A stretch of 64,000 nucleotides of DNA. Source: Blasia pusilla (taxonomy: Eukaryota). Every line of letters begins with the position of its first letter. The stretch's first letter is position 1. Both the position numbers and the translations under genes were made by a program. The notes under the pieces were generated by a model that saw only the letters and a list, made by a program, of their open reading frames with translations, searched no databases and was not told the origin of the DNA. Location: positions 38,936,001 through 39,000,000 of the forward strand of contig CM114271.1 of assembly GCA_050084515.1 (NCBI GenBank), in the 5' to 3' direction. This document shows positions 40,732 through 51,900 of the stretch, in pieces.

Positions 40732-41811
40732 TATATTTCTCTTATATTTCTGAATGAAATAACTTCTTGCGCTAATGCTTGGACTTGGTTTTGACTTTGA
40801 TCAAATGCAACTCTCAACTCTCTCAATTCACGAAAATCATATCCCTCAAAGTTTCTTCCATGGTTACTCTGAATTTCCCCTGACCCACCCTTTACTACTA
40901 CTTTAACATAAGGTCAAGATATATGCTTGTCAATTTTGCATAATAGGGACTATAAAAGGGAATATTGACGCAATGACTTCATCATAATAATCTTGGCCAA
41001 AATTCCTCACCATAAACTCTCTATATGATATCTTAGGTCGACAAACCACATGGACTATACATTAAGTGTTTAAAAAATTATGGGGACTTATTCAAATCCA
41101 TTCCCCATATCTTGTTTAAAAATATTAAATAGTGCAATCCCACACATGATCATATGTAACAATAGGGGGGATCATCGGAAAGCGAGACTGCTTCACTTGT
41201 GTCATGAAAACGTCACCAAAGTGATATACGGGGTATCTTGTGAACCAGTGTCTATCTACATATAAGATTTTGATGGTGAATAGATTTAGAAACAAAAAAT
41301 TAGGAGTCACTCTCGCTCCCCCTCCATCCATTATCTCCAAAACAACCCTTCCCCCTTACTCTATTTGCACCTCAATAGCCACTACTAACCTCTAACAAAC
41401 CTTTCTAACCCTCAACAATGTATCATTACTTGGTCATCTTTCTAAGAGGGGTAATCCACTCTCGTTGGAAGAGCAACCTTGTTCTGATACCATTGTTGAG
41501 ACCATTGTAACTCTCCAGCTCGCGGAACTAGTCTAGAGTTGCCCCTCAAGGCCTTTCCTCTTTCTTTATATACTTAGAGATAGATACAATGAAGACAAAT
41601 TAGCTCTATCTATCCTTATGCCACGTGTCTTACTCTCATAGCATTAGAGAATCTTCTTTGCATTCTAATGTCCCTACCTCATCCTTATCTTACTTTTTAT
41701 CAACCTATGGTCCCACTCTCATCTTTGTTCGCTTTTTGGTTGCTTCTTTCCCACTTATGTACTACATGTTATAGACTTTAACTGAACTATCACCAACAAA
41801 GGATGGTTACA
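38729..41811 (-). mobile_element. Internally deleted chromovirus (Ty3/Gypsy): LTRs, PBS, gag, integrase C-terminus with chromodomain, PPT
   Basis: Homologous LTR segments 38729-38915 and ~41623-41811 (5' LTR TGTAAC...GTTACA 41506-41811); tRNA-Met PBS TGGTATCAGA (41483-41492, minus); gag EDYIKEF...VFKRGLK (~40140-40270); KIHHVFHVALLRP (~39190-39227); chromodomain VEYLFRWKGYPVFEAIWEPSANL (~38990-39060); PPT next to 38915. Confidence 0.85.
39432..39497. repeat. (CT)n microsatellite
   Basis: Direct read of the sequence. Confidence 0.95.
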
Positions 41812-42249
41812 CCTCTCAATCGAAACCCCGTTATGTCCCTAATACTATAATAGTTTTTCCTAGGCTATGCAGCCCTTAGTTTTCCCTAGTGTTATGCCGT
41901 TTCCATAGATACTCTAAATGGATCCATATGGATCCTCTTTAGTCCTAGACACAAGAGCCCCTCCCATATTTTCCTTCTGTACCCCTCCCTTCCTTCAACA
42001 TATTTTGGTGGTCATGCTAGCTAGCTGGTCAGAAAAACTCTAGGCACTTTCAAGCCTTTTATTCAAAAAAATTCAGATTTGAGAACTAGAACCAAATGGT
42101 TTCCAACTTTTTGGTTTCTTTGGTCAATTTCATTCTTCTCAAACAATCTTGACACTCCAAAATTCACTAGCCTAATCTAGAGGCCTCAACAAAGAACACC
42201 GCTTGTATCCTATCCATTGGATAGGAATTTTAAGGCCTCTGAATAGATT

Positions 42250-42530
42250 GTGGGTATGTTTCTTGCTTCAAAACATCTATGTATGGGGCCATGGTCAAGA
42301 TGTTTGATGCATTCCTTATTGAGTGTTCACATGTCCTTTGCTCAAGGAATGGGTTGTCTTTGGCTACTAGGTTGCTATATCCTCAACAAAGGGCAAGGTT
42401 GTCATTGTTTTAATCGGAGCATACCGAGGCGAATGGGCTATTGAGGCGAGGCTCCGATAGTGGGAGATGTTACTACTCGAGACCTTCTTCTTAGCATTCA
42501 TGTTTTGTTAGTTGCGATTGATATTTATTT
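42250..42530 (+). mobile_element. Old, diverged third copy of the CRE-clade 3' end
   Basis: ATGTATGGGGCCATGG, AATGGGTTGTCTTT, GGCGAATGGG and TGATATT align collinearly with 35769-36003. Confidence 0.6.
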
Positions 42531-42557
42531 CACAATCAGAAAAGTTCTACATTTTCT

Positions 42558-42717
42558 TGGGGTCATCCTTATCTTCCCCTATCAATTGTGCCATTTGAGT
42601 TCCTTGATTGACTTAGTATCCCTTCTTATATGTTTAAATTTTTTTGGGATTACCCTTTTCTTCTCCCACTACCAATTATGGCCTTGGAGTTCCTTGACTA
42701 ATATAGTACCCCTTCTT

Positions 42718-42748
<31 letters not shown>

Positions 42749-42835
42749 AGTATATACATTTTTTTTGGTTACCCTTTTCTTCTTCCCTTATCTTTTGTGG
42801 ACATCCTTGACAGACTTAATTCCCCTTCTTTTATT
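42558..42835. repeat. Three degenerate ~90-120 bp tandem units with an embedded (TA)n
   Basis: TTGG..TACCCTTTTC...TCCTTGA...CCCTTCTT repeated three times. Confidence 0.6.
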
Positions 42836-42842
42836 TTCCATA

Positions 42843-43283
42843 TCTATATTATTATTGGAGAGTTCCCTTCCATTTTGCAAATTGCTTTTTTTTTTTTCAT
42901 TTGGCATTTTTAGTCAATGGGATTGCTCCCCTACATAACCAATCAGATTGATCCCTTTCTGAACCAATAGGATTTCTCGAAATAGATTTAAAATGGCACT
43001 TGAGAATCGTGCGAATCAATTGTGGGAGTTAATATAAACCCGTGCATCACACGGGCTTACATCTATATTATTATTGGAGATTGCCCTTTCATTTCGCAAA
43101 TTGCTCTTTTTTTTACATTTGGCATTTTCAGTTAATGGGAATACTCCCCTTCCGGAACCAATGGGATTGTTCTCTTTTTGAACCAATAAGTTGTTTGAAA
43201 TCAATTTGAAATGGCATTTGAGAATCATGAGAATTAACTATGGGAGGTAATGTAAACCCATGCATCTCACGAGCTTACACTAC
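42843..43283 (+). mobile_element. Two head-to-tail non-autonomous mini-Helitrons (~220 bp each), with a third 5' end at 43315
   Basis: 5' A|TCTATATTATTATTGG at 42843, 43062 and 43315; 3' hairpin CCCGTG-CATCA-CACGGG (43039-43055) and a degenerate copy (~43257-43273) followed by CTAC|T (CTAG-like). Confidence 0.75.
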
Positions 43284-43569
43284 TTTTAATCATGCCTTTT
43301 GTTCTTCTCTTCCATCTATATTATTATTGGAAATCCTACATGCGTAACAAGATAAAATACTAACAAACTTCCAATTTGGTTCTTTAATTGATATTTGACA
43401 TTTTGGGATAGGAAGATGAATTTGAATAGAAGAAAGAAATCATTTCAACACCAATTTCGACAAATGTGATGTTTTAGAAAACCCGGTTTTGTTCTAATAT
43501 GATTATTAGCACAATAGGACATAGTGTAATGGGAGTACAACTTAGATTTTACCCTCTTTGTCAACCATG

Positions 43570-44420
43570 TTTATGGTTTAGGGTTTAGGGCCTAGGATTT
43601 AGGGTTTATAGCTTAGGGTTTAGGGTTTTTGGCTTACGTTGTAGGGTTTAGGGTTTTCGGCTTAGGGTTTAGGGTTTATTGCTTAGGTTCTAGGATTAAG
43701 GGTGTTTGGCTTAGGATTTATGGCTTTTTGCTTAGGGTTTAGAGTTTTTGGCCTAGGGGCTAGGGTTTAGGGTTTTTGGCCTAGTGTTTAGGGTTTATTG
43801 CTTAGGTTTGAGGGGTTAGGATTTTTGGCTTAGGGTTTTTGGCTAAGGGTCTAGGCTTTTTGTCTTAGGGGTTAGGATTTAGGGTTTTGGGTTTATTGCT
43901 CAGGTTCTAGGGTTTAGGGTATTTGGCTTAGGGTTTTGGGTTTTTTCGCTTAGGGCTTAGGGTTTTGGTTTACGGGTTAGGGTATAGGGTTGTTTGCCTA
44001 GGGTTTAGGTTTTTCCGCTTTAGGATTAGGGCTTAGATTTTTGTCTTAGGGATTAAGGTTTAGGGTTTTTTGCCTAGGGTTTAGGGTTCATTTCTTAGGA
44101 GTTAGGATTTTCGGAATTTTGGCGTAGGATGTAGGGTTTATTGATTAGATTCTAGGGTTTAGAGTTTTGGCTTAGGGTTTAAGGGTTTTTGTTGAGGGGT
44201 TAAGGTTTAGAGTTTTTGGCCTTGCGTTTAGAGTTTTTGGCTTAGGGGTTTATACCTTAAGGTTAGGGCTTTTGGCTTAGGGTTTGTGGTTTATTTTTTC
44301 TTGTCTAGGCTTCAAGAAAGGGTTGTAGAATTTTTTGGCTAGGGCTTAGTGTTTAGGTTGTAGGCTTTAGGCTTACTAATCCCTTAGGGCTTACGGTTTG
44401 AAGGATGTAGGGTTTAAGAT
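43570..44420 (+). repeat. Interstitial degenerate telomere-like (TTTAGGG/CTTAGGG) array
   Basis: Dozens of TTTAGGG, CTTAGGG and TTTTTGG variants over about 850 bp. Confidence 0.92.
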
Positions 44421-44755
44421 ATTAAATGATCCGTTCAAGTTTGTAAACTAATAGATTTTGGGAGTTACTATGATATAGAGTGTAGTCTTACTTAGGAAAA
44501 CCTGGTTTTTATCTAAAGTCCAAATGGATGAAATAAACTACATGGTGCAAGTTGGACCACGATACTAAATAAGAAAATTTAAAATGGGAAGAACATGGAA
44601 TCCGATTCCAATTGTGAAAGCTTCTACAAAATGATTTTATTCAATAATCTCAATAACATACCATATGTAGAAATGTAAAGAATCTTTATAAGATTTAATG
44701 TAAATAACATTACATTAAATTATAACACGCGCTTACAGTAATTGTGTTGTTGTTA

Positions 44756-47730
44756 CTAGTAGCCATCTCTATCTTCTAGTACTAGGTTAGTGCTAAAAGT
44801 TATTCTAGACTTTACAAAATTAGCCACGTCAATGGGGATACTCACTAGTCCACCCTCTATTGCATATGTAGAATTAGCGAAAGATGCTATAACCGAGTCA
44901 TGTGGACACAACATTGGTTTTTCACTATTATTCTTCTCCCATTTTTTTACATCCCAATTTTGATATCTCCTACTTGGGGTTATGTTCCCTCTTCCGAATG
45001 TATTCAATGGCCACCAATACTGAATTCTGAAATTTGTATCTTCATCAACTCCAATTAGAACTTGTCCCATCCATATGGGATATTTGTTTCTTTCTTGTTC
45101 TGGTCTAATTATGACAAAATCTCCAACATTGAAATCTACCAATGCAACTTCTGTTTCCTCCATTGATAACATATAAACTCTAGGCCTAAATCTAGTGGGC
45201 CCATAATAGTGATCTCGATTTGGAGGAATTCCACTTCTAAAGACAATAGGAACTTGAGTGTTATGTTTGGTTAGAGGCAAAAAATATTCCAATGTCTCAG
45301 AGAATGATGAAGCGATGTCATGGGCTATCAAACTGGTCCTATTCTTGGTAGAAGAATCTTCATTTGCTGTTGTTTTGTGATTTAAATCACAAGTTTTGAA
45401 CCTTGTCCTCACGATTTCCATGAGGAAACAATTGATCCAATTCCTCGATTGTCTTCCTCCATTGCCGTGCTAGTTATTGGAACTCCACCTTTGTGCCTCC
45501 GGAAGACTTGCTTCCCATCTTATCAAAGTACTTAATGTACTGAGATACACCTTTCTTCATCGGAAAATGCCTTCAAGGGTGTGGGCAGTAAGCGCTTTGG
45601 ATTCCCAATAGGGATAAGTGGATGTCCAGTAATTTCATGACGTAAACATACGTCATAACCACGCTTATTCGACAACCACTCTTTATCGGAACCATACATC
45701 TAATAATGCATAATGGGCATACCATCCAAAGATCTAGTAAATTGGAATCAACTTGGCTTTTGTGGTCCATACCATTGATTTTTTGTCTTAGGCCTGATGA
45801 AACTTTTCAAGTACTCCTTGAAGTCGGGAATATCCTGAACCACTTATGGTACTAGATTCAGTGAGATGGAGTTAAAAAACTGTGTCGTAAGATCTTTCAA
45901 GGTATATGCATTGTGTTGCCGCAAAGTTCTCGAGAACTTGCTAAACATAGCATCAACATCTTCGTAAGTGTGCTCGGGGATGAGAAAAGCCAAGTGAATC
46001 TCTTCGAATACCTCCCTGTGAAAAAGAAGGGCCAAATATGCCATGACGTAAATATTTTTGTTATCTTTTCCAGAGTTGTCCATTTGTAGATTCAGAATCT
46101 TAGGCAACTTCCTTGGTCCCTCTTCGGCAGACTCCGTGAGCCTATAGGCTGCACGGAGTAATCCATCAAGCTTTTCCCTCCATTTTAAGAATCGATTGAA
46201 AAGTGTAGTTAGGTCGGGCCCGTCCAAGAATTCATGTATTTCACAGCGGGGATTTTCCAAACTCCGCAATAACTTTGCCAATGATCCAATTAGATCCATG
46301 CTTGTAAACTCGTATGTCAAATTGAGCAATTGCACACAGTCCATGCCCATGAGTCAAGATACCTACAATAAGAAATAGAGTGAGTAAAAGTTAATTTAAC
46401 TTAATATTCAAGTACCTAAAGAAGGTACCGTTTCTCCAAATTGGGTAAGTGCAACAAGTACCACATGCTTCCGCAAGTTCCATTAGGCAAGAAATGTAAG
46501 AAATGTAATGCCCTATGAGAACTTCAATTCCGATTACTAGATCAGGCATAGACCGATCTCTTTCTCCTTAGGAAACAGTTTTGGGTATGGATTAAAAATG
46601 GGAACTTAAGTCTTATTATGTGAACAGGGTCAAGATAGCCCTACAAACCTGCTAACTGTCACCTGCATCCTAAACCATTTTCTAGTATAATGGAGTGTTA
46701 TTCTGCAATATTTACCTCTACAAGGAACTGGAAACGGTTGAGCCAGAGCCAAATCTTTGGTTTGTTGCCATGCTCTTGGCAAACCTATTTTGAAACTATC
46801 CATTTTGTCGTGGATTAGGGAAATATAAGACTCGAGATGGCGCACAGATTCAGCTCGCCAAGTGTAATATAAACTCCTTTGAGACCTTTGCAGGTCATCA
46901 TGTTCGACTGTTTGTTCCTTAACAACAACCTTCTCCTCGTTTATCGATGCAGTATTTCCCAGAGACTTCAGCATTGCACATGTCGCACAATAAGAAAAAT
47001 TATCACCTAATTTATGAATAGAAACATTGGAGAAATATTGCTTTGATAGTTGATTGTGAGACTCCCGCTAATCCCAATTTCCCTCCTTCCTTATTGACGA
47101 CTTATCGTATATACTTCTAGGAGAAAAATTGAGGCAACCAAATCAATTCCTCTCTTATCCCGTCTGACATTGTTCTTTCCTTGTGGGGCATCCGATCTCC
47201 AGTCTTCTCAATTATCAGCTTGACCGTTTCCATCGCTTGCGCCGTCCTCTGGTTATGCAATTTCTTCCCAAGTTCCCATGCCCCATCCGCATCTTGCCAT
47301 CTCTAATATTTTTTCCTTCGTCCTTGAAGCTGGTTTCTCCAAGACCATGGATCTGTGGCCAACATGGAAGGCACACCGTTCTACCTTCCAATTGCACAAC
47401 TCTTCATCCGTCAATGAAGTAAGATGAATGGAGCATGGCGTGGAGTGATTCCCTTCTTTCCTGAAAGGATTTGTTCCAATACTTCTCTCTGCTTGAACGA
47501 ACAACATCTCCCCGCGTATATTGGCAACACAATTGTCCGAAAAAATTTTTTGACGCCACTTGTGATATATCTTCCTCTGTTAGCTTTTTTTTCTTCGTTT
47601 TGGTAGCTCCTAGTAGACATCGCTTTTTACACCAATAAGTGTATGTGTAAGCTCTCTTCCTCTTGTCTGTTATTGCTTCAACGGCCCCTTGAGACACACT
47701 TGAACACTCCAAGTAGCATGTCCACAAGTC
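44756..47730 (-). pseudogene. Sola-like DDD transposase remnant, probably intron-containing
   Basis: FSYCATC (~46980-47000); YISLIHDKMD..K..LPR (46630-46974); LNLQMDNSGKDNKN...AFLIPEHTYEDVDAMFS (45844-46350); C-terminal FNVGDFVIIRP..PIWMGQV..QYWWP domain (44756-45421). The DN..NKN and GHTHEDID-like motifs fit Sola1-type transposases as I recall them. Confidence 0.7.
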
Positions 47731-47771
47731 TCGTCCATCTTTAACAATGCAGGATGCGGTAGGCCATATGA

Positions 47772-48521
47772 CTAAGTTCCTTTCAAGAACCTTGTGGCGT
47801 GTAAGACAGCTCGTGATGTTGGTAATGAATACGCCAACATGGTGATCCCCCAGTCTTTAAACACCAACTTTGGATTGACGTAGTGAACAATTCCCTCTTC
47901 GATATTTAGACATCCATCGTTCTCTGTAAGTTGCACTGGTAAAAGCATTGATTCCGTATGACCAATCATGGGAATTGCAACTTGTACGTCGGTGGAGGTA
48001 TTGCAGGCTGAGTGCTTCTTCTTCCTAATATCCATGGTATCATTGTATTTTTTTGTAATCAGATATATGGGATATTTTGCAAATATTCCCAACATATCTT
48101 GTGGCCCTCTTCCATCCAGGTGGGTAGCTGGTTGGTAGTATGACTCATCAACTATTACGCACATCCACGATTGCCGTTGGTTGTCAAAGAAGGACAAAGG
48201 TTGGATCTCATGTGAATCAAAGCTTTCGGCAACACGCTCTGAACCAATAAGAAGCTCTGATCCCGTTGAATCTTTTAAGAAAACTTTCTTTGAATATTGT
48301 GTGGGGCAATGAGGCTCTCCTTCCACATCCTTGCATCCAACACTTGTATTAGTTGTTGTAACTCCATTACGAGGCCATGTGATGAATGCTCCAATGAAAT
48401 CGGACAGAAGTGCTCCATTGTAAGTGCTTGTTGAACTTCCGAAGACTTCCTCCAGAGACATGTACAAGGACTCCTTACCAAGTGGTATCATGTGGACTAT
48501 TCTCTCGGAATTGGTGTCCAT
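47772..48521 (-). pseudogene. Transposon-associated ORF upstream of the Sola-like transposase; Tnp1/En-Spm-associated-like motif
   Basis: VHMIPLG...SLEEV...LSDFIGAFITWP motif, with a weaker second copy in the same ORF. Confidence 0.35.
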
Positions 48522-48689
48522 GATTCTAGCTCTTCCAACAGATATGGATGATCAATCTTATAGATATCCTACATCACCGATGCAAAATTCCATTGCATCA
48601 ATGTGAAATCTGCGCCATAACATCAAAGTGGCAATTAATTGTTAGCCATACACCGAATGGGAAGTGGGAAAAAATTATAATCATCTTAT

Positions 48690-49700
48690 TACACAGGGCG
48701 AATTGGACCTTAAGATCCATTCGAGAAGAGTGGCAACCTGTAGGGTGTGTCCGATTGGAACTCTGGTTCCAAATATGGAGATCTGCCATCCACATAATAA
48801 AGTCACCAGAAAGTTCAACACAACTTGCTTTGTGCCAAAATTCTCACACCTGGAGGTGATTGGGAAGTGTAGTTTCGAATGACTTTCCAACAGATGTTGA
48901 GATCCCATTCGAAAGAACATTGGGCGCCTCTACGCGAGACGAGAACGGACAACTAGCGATATTGGAAGATTCCGCTGGCAGGCACGCGGAGGGCCGAATG
49001 TCCTAGATTCGGATCTTAAGATTCAATCGGAGGGTCATTGGATTGTGGGTGAATTGGACCTTAAGATCCCATCGGGATGAGGAAGGGTAAGTCCGATTGG
49101 AACTCTGGTTTCGATTTCCGCGAGGAGCCATCCCCCTTATGAGGTCATCAAGAAGTTGAAAAAAACTCCTTTGCGCATTTATCGTGATTCTGTGAATCAT
49201 GGGTATCTGGTAAGAAGAAATATGGATTGTCCGTTGGCAGGCACACGGATTTCCAAATGACCATGAATCAGATCTTAAGATCCGATATAAGCGTCACAAG
49301 ACAAAGCGCGAATTGGATCTTAAGATCCCATCGGGAAGGATGGATCTTAAGGTCCACTTTTAAGCAGAGAAAAGTGTCAGCCTATAGCGTAGTTCTCTAA
49401 GAGGAACTATAAATCCAAATATTCCTAGTAAATAGAGGAGAGAGTTTTCGAGCCCGAAGGCCAATATTCTCTCACCTGGAGGTGATTGGGAACTATAGTT
49501 TTGAATGACCTTCCAACGGGCCGAATGTCCTTAATTCGGATCTTAAGATGCGATCGAAGGGTCACTGGGTGTGGATGAATTGGAAGTTAAGATCCAATCG
49601 GGATATGGAAGGGCAAGTCTGATTGGAAATTTGGTGATCTTCTAATGGATCTTAAAATCCCATTCGAAAGAACATCAGGGCGCCTTTCCTCGCAAGTGGG
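48690..49700. repeat. Cluster of dispersed direct repeats built on a GGATCTTAAGATCC-type palindrome
   Basis: AATTGGA(C/T)CTTAAGATCC at ~48701, ~49052 and ~49311, with further variants at ~49010, 49270, 49538, 49578 and 49647. CACCTGGAGGTGATTGGGAA at ~48847 and ~49473. Confidence 0.8.
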
Positions 49701-50267
49701 AGATGGACAAGTCGCTACCCGTATGGCAAACTCTCAGCTGACTTTCTAAGGTTGACATCACCTCGACACATTCGGATCTATAGTATCAATCGTAAAAATA
49801 CCCTTGGTATTTTTCCAGTAATATGATTACCTCTATAAATCTATTTCAAAAATAGTATTGGAAATCACAAATTATGGAGTTTGCGTCGCACTTACAGAAT
49901 TATTTGAAGGTGATTCGACTCTGTATCAGGGCGATCTGCTTATCGAGCGACAATGATGAAGCAAGATTTGAAGTGACAAATTGATTTGTTGGACTAGCGG
50001 AGGCCCTCGTTATTTTATCAATGTATGTGGGTAGAGATCTTAAGTGGAATGGATTATGAAAGGACAGATGGCCCTGAAGAGGAAAAAATAGAGGACTTAT
50101 GTGTAGAGTCCGTCTAGAGGTTCAATTCATAAGCTTATGATATGTGGAGGCCTGAAGTCTCTAGACTATGGCTACGATTGTGATCATATGGTATAGCGCC
50201 CTTATGGATTGAAGAGAACGGTTGGGGAGGGACAGAGGACGTTGGGAGGCTAGGCTCACGAGGTTGG

Positions 50268-50348
50268 GTTGGAATCCTATATAATCCTTTCTCACTCCAT
50301 TAGAAAACCATTCTAATGAAATTAGCGAGGATTATATAGGATTCCAAC
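50268..50348. repeat. 81-bp fold-back with perfect 21-bp arms
   Basis: GTTGGAATCCTATATAATCCT (50268-50288) and its exact reverse complement (50328-50348); inner stem CATTAGAA/TTCTAATG. Confidence 0.9.
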
Positions 50349-51109
50349 TGAAGTCAGTTTGAGGTTATCGATCCGTGCTCTTTCGTCAATCTCAGCCATT
50401 GGTTTTCATAACTGATTGAGGAGTGGCTTGGATGATTTTGACACATGCAATTTTGATCTAATGCGCGATATCTTCTCTTGACACGGATCCTGAATCTGTG
50501 ACATCCAAATTTGAATTTTGAAATGGATGCGAGTATTAGGTTAAGTAACGTTGGTGTGCTGACATGGATCTAATGTGGACCGCTAGTCGAACATCGAGTC
50601 TGTCATGAATGACAAGTATAAGTAGCAACATTTTCCCAAATCAATTTTTTGCTATCAATCTCTTTGCACTGGAGGTGCACAACGCTTGCTCTGCAAGTGA
50701 GGCAGAATGTGAGCGCCCAATTGTTGATCTTTTGTAGGTCGACGCGGAAATACAATCGTGAGGTTCTTTTTTCTTCTCCTTCCGAATGCAACACTTGTGT
50801 TGTTGTCGATCTGGTCTACGGTGGAGTTCAATAGGAGTTCATTATGATGTCAATTGCGGCAGGATAGAAAATGCCTCTTGGAGGGTTTCAGATACTATGA
50901 CTTCTGAGCCTAAAGGAAGATCACTTGTCAAGGTTTAGGGTAGAGAACGACATCTTTGCCAAGTTTTTTCCAATGTGTATTCGGCGCGCAATGCGCCAAA
51001 TGCCTTGGCATTGTATCTTGATATTCGTAAAGGGAATACAAGGATGTTCTAACATTCCTATTGCTCAAGTCATATAACTGATTTGAAAATCCAATGCGAA
51101 CTGTCGCAC

Positions 51110-51900
51110 ATGAGAATCCCATACAAGCCCCGGACCACCTTCTCTGTAGGCATGTGACGAGGGAAAACTCACAAATGTGGGTAGTGCCATCCTAGGCTGG
51201 CCCACACGGTTCACCATTGCCATGGGTGACCGATCAATAATCCTCACCACTTGAGAAAGTCACCCAGTATCCAAGATACTATCCACGGTAAGACAAGGAT
51301 CCCGCTGCACTGCATCATATGCTCGACGTAGAACCTCCCTAGGCAACAAGTTTGTCCACCACAAGCGTGGACGATGTGCACGCGAGCCAACTCATGGCAC
51401 GCATCCAACAACAGCTGGTCCAATCCAAGACCGCACCTCATGAACACTCGCCATCATCCGGGTCCGAGTGTCACCCAACAATGGAACATTCTCCAGAATG
51501 TAAGTTGGAGCACGTGCCTGATGAACTTGAAGATGTCGTAACACCCGTAACATCTCCCAAAACAATCGAGACCTAGGGTCGTGTAATCCCTCACCACGAC
51601 CTGCATGTGTATGACCCTGACATGGCCATCCATCAATCATCAAATCCACAGGATCAACCCTCTCAAGGTCCTACGCCCCCAACAATGCAATGTGTGACGG
51701 CAAAGCACGTTGGTACCCACGAATAGCTGATGGTGGCAACAACTCAGGATATCTCCGCATCAACTGACCAATATGTTGGGATGAGACTCTCTGGGCCGTC
51801 TCATCTTGCTCCACATACACGTATCTCCGACAGAATAATTTGCAGACCAAACCGGTGCTAATCCCACCAAAGAGATCTAACACGCAAATGCCCTCGGATC
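51110..51900 (-). pseudogene. DNMT3-like C5-cytosine methyltransferase domain (copy B), truncated before motifs IX-X
   Basis: Motif I VLDLFGGISTG (starts 51883); YVYVE; motif IV DLMIDGWPCQG (~51646-51614); SRLFWEMLRVL; motif VI ILENV (51499-51485); motif VIII GSRAHRPRLWWTNLLP (~51388-51341). Confidence 0.92.

Noticed and set aside
43570-44420. True chromosome end
   Set aside because: The array is degenerate and has ordinary sequence on both sides.
51110-51900. Bacterial restriction-modification MTase (contamination or recent HGT), or host DRM gene
   Set aside because: Embedded collinearly after a retroviral protease in two copies, decayed like the surrounding plant transposons, and with non-permuted motif order.
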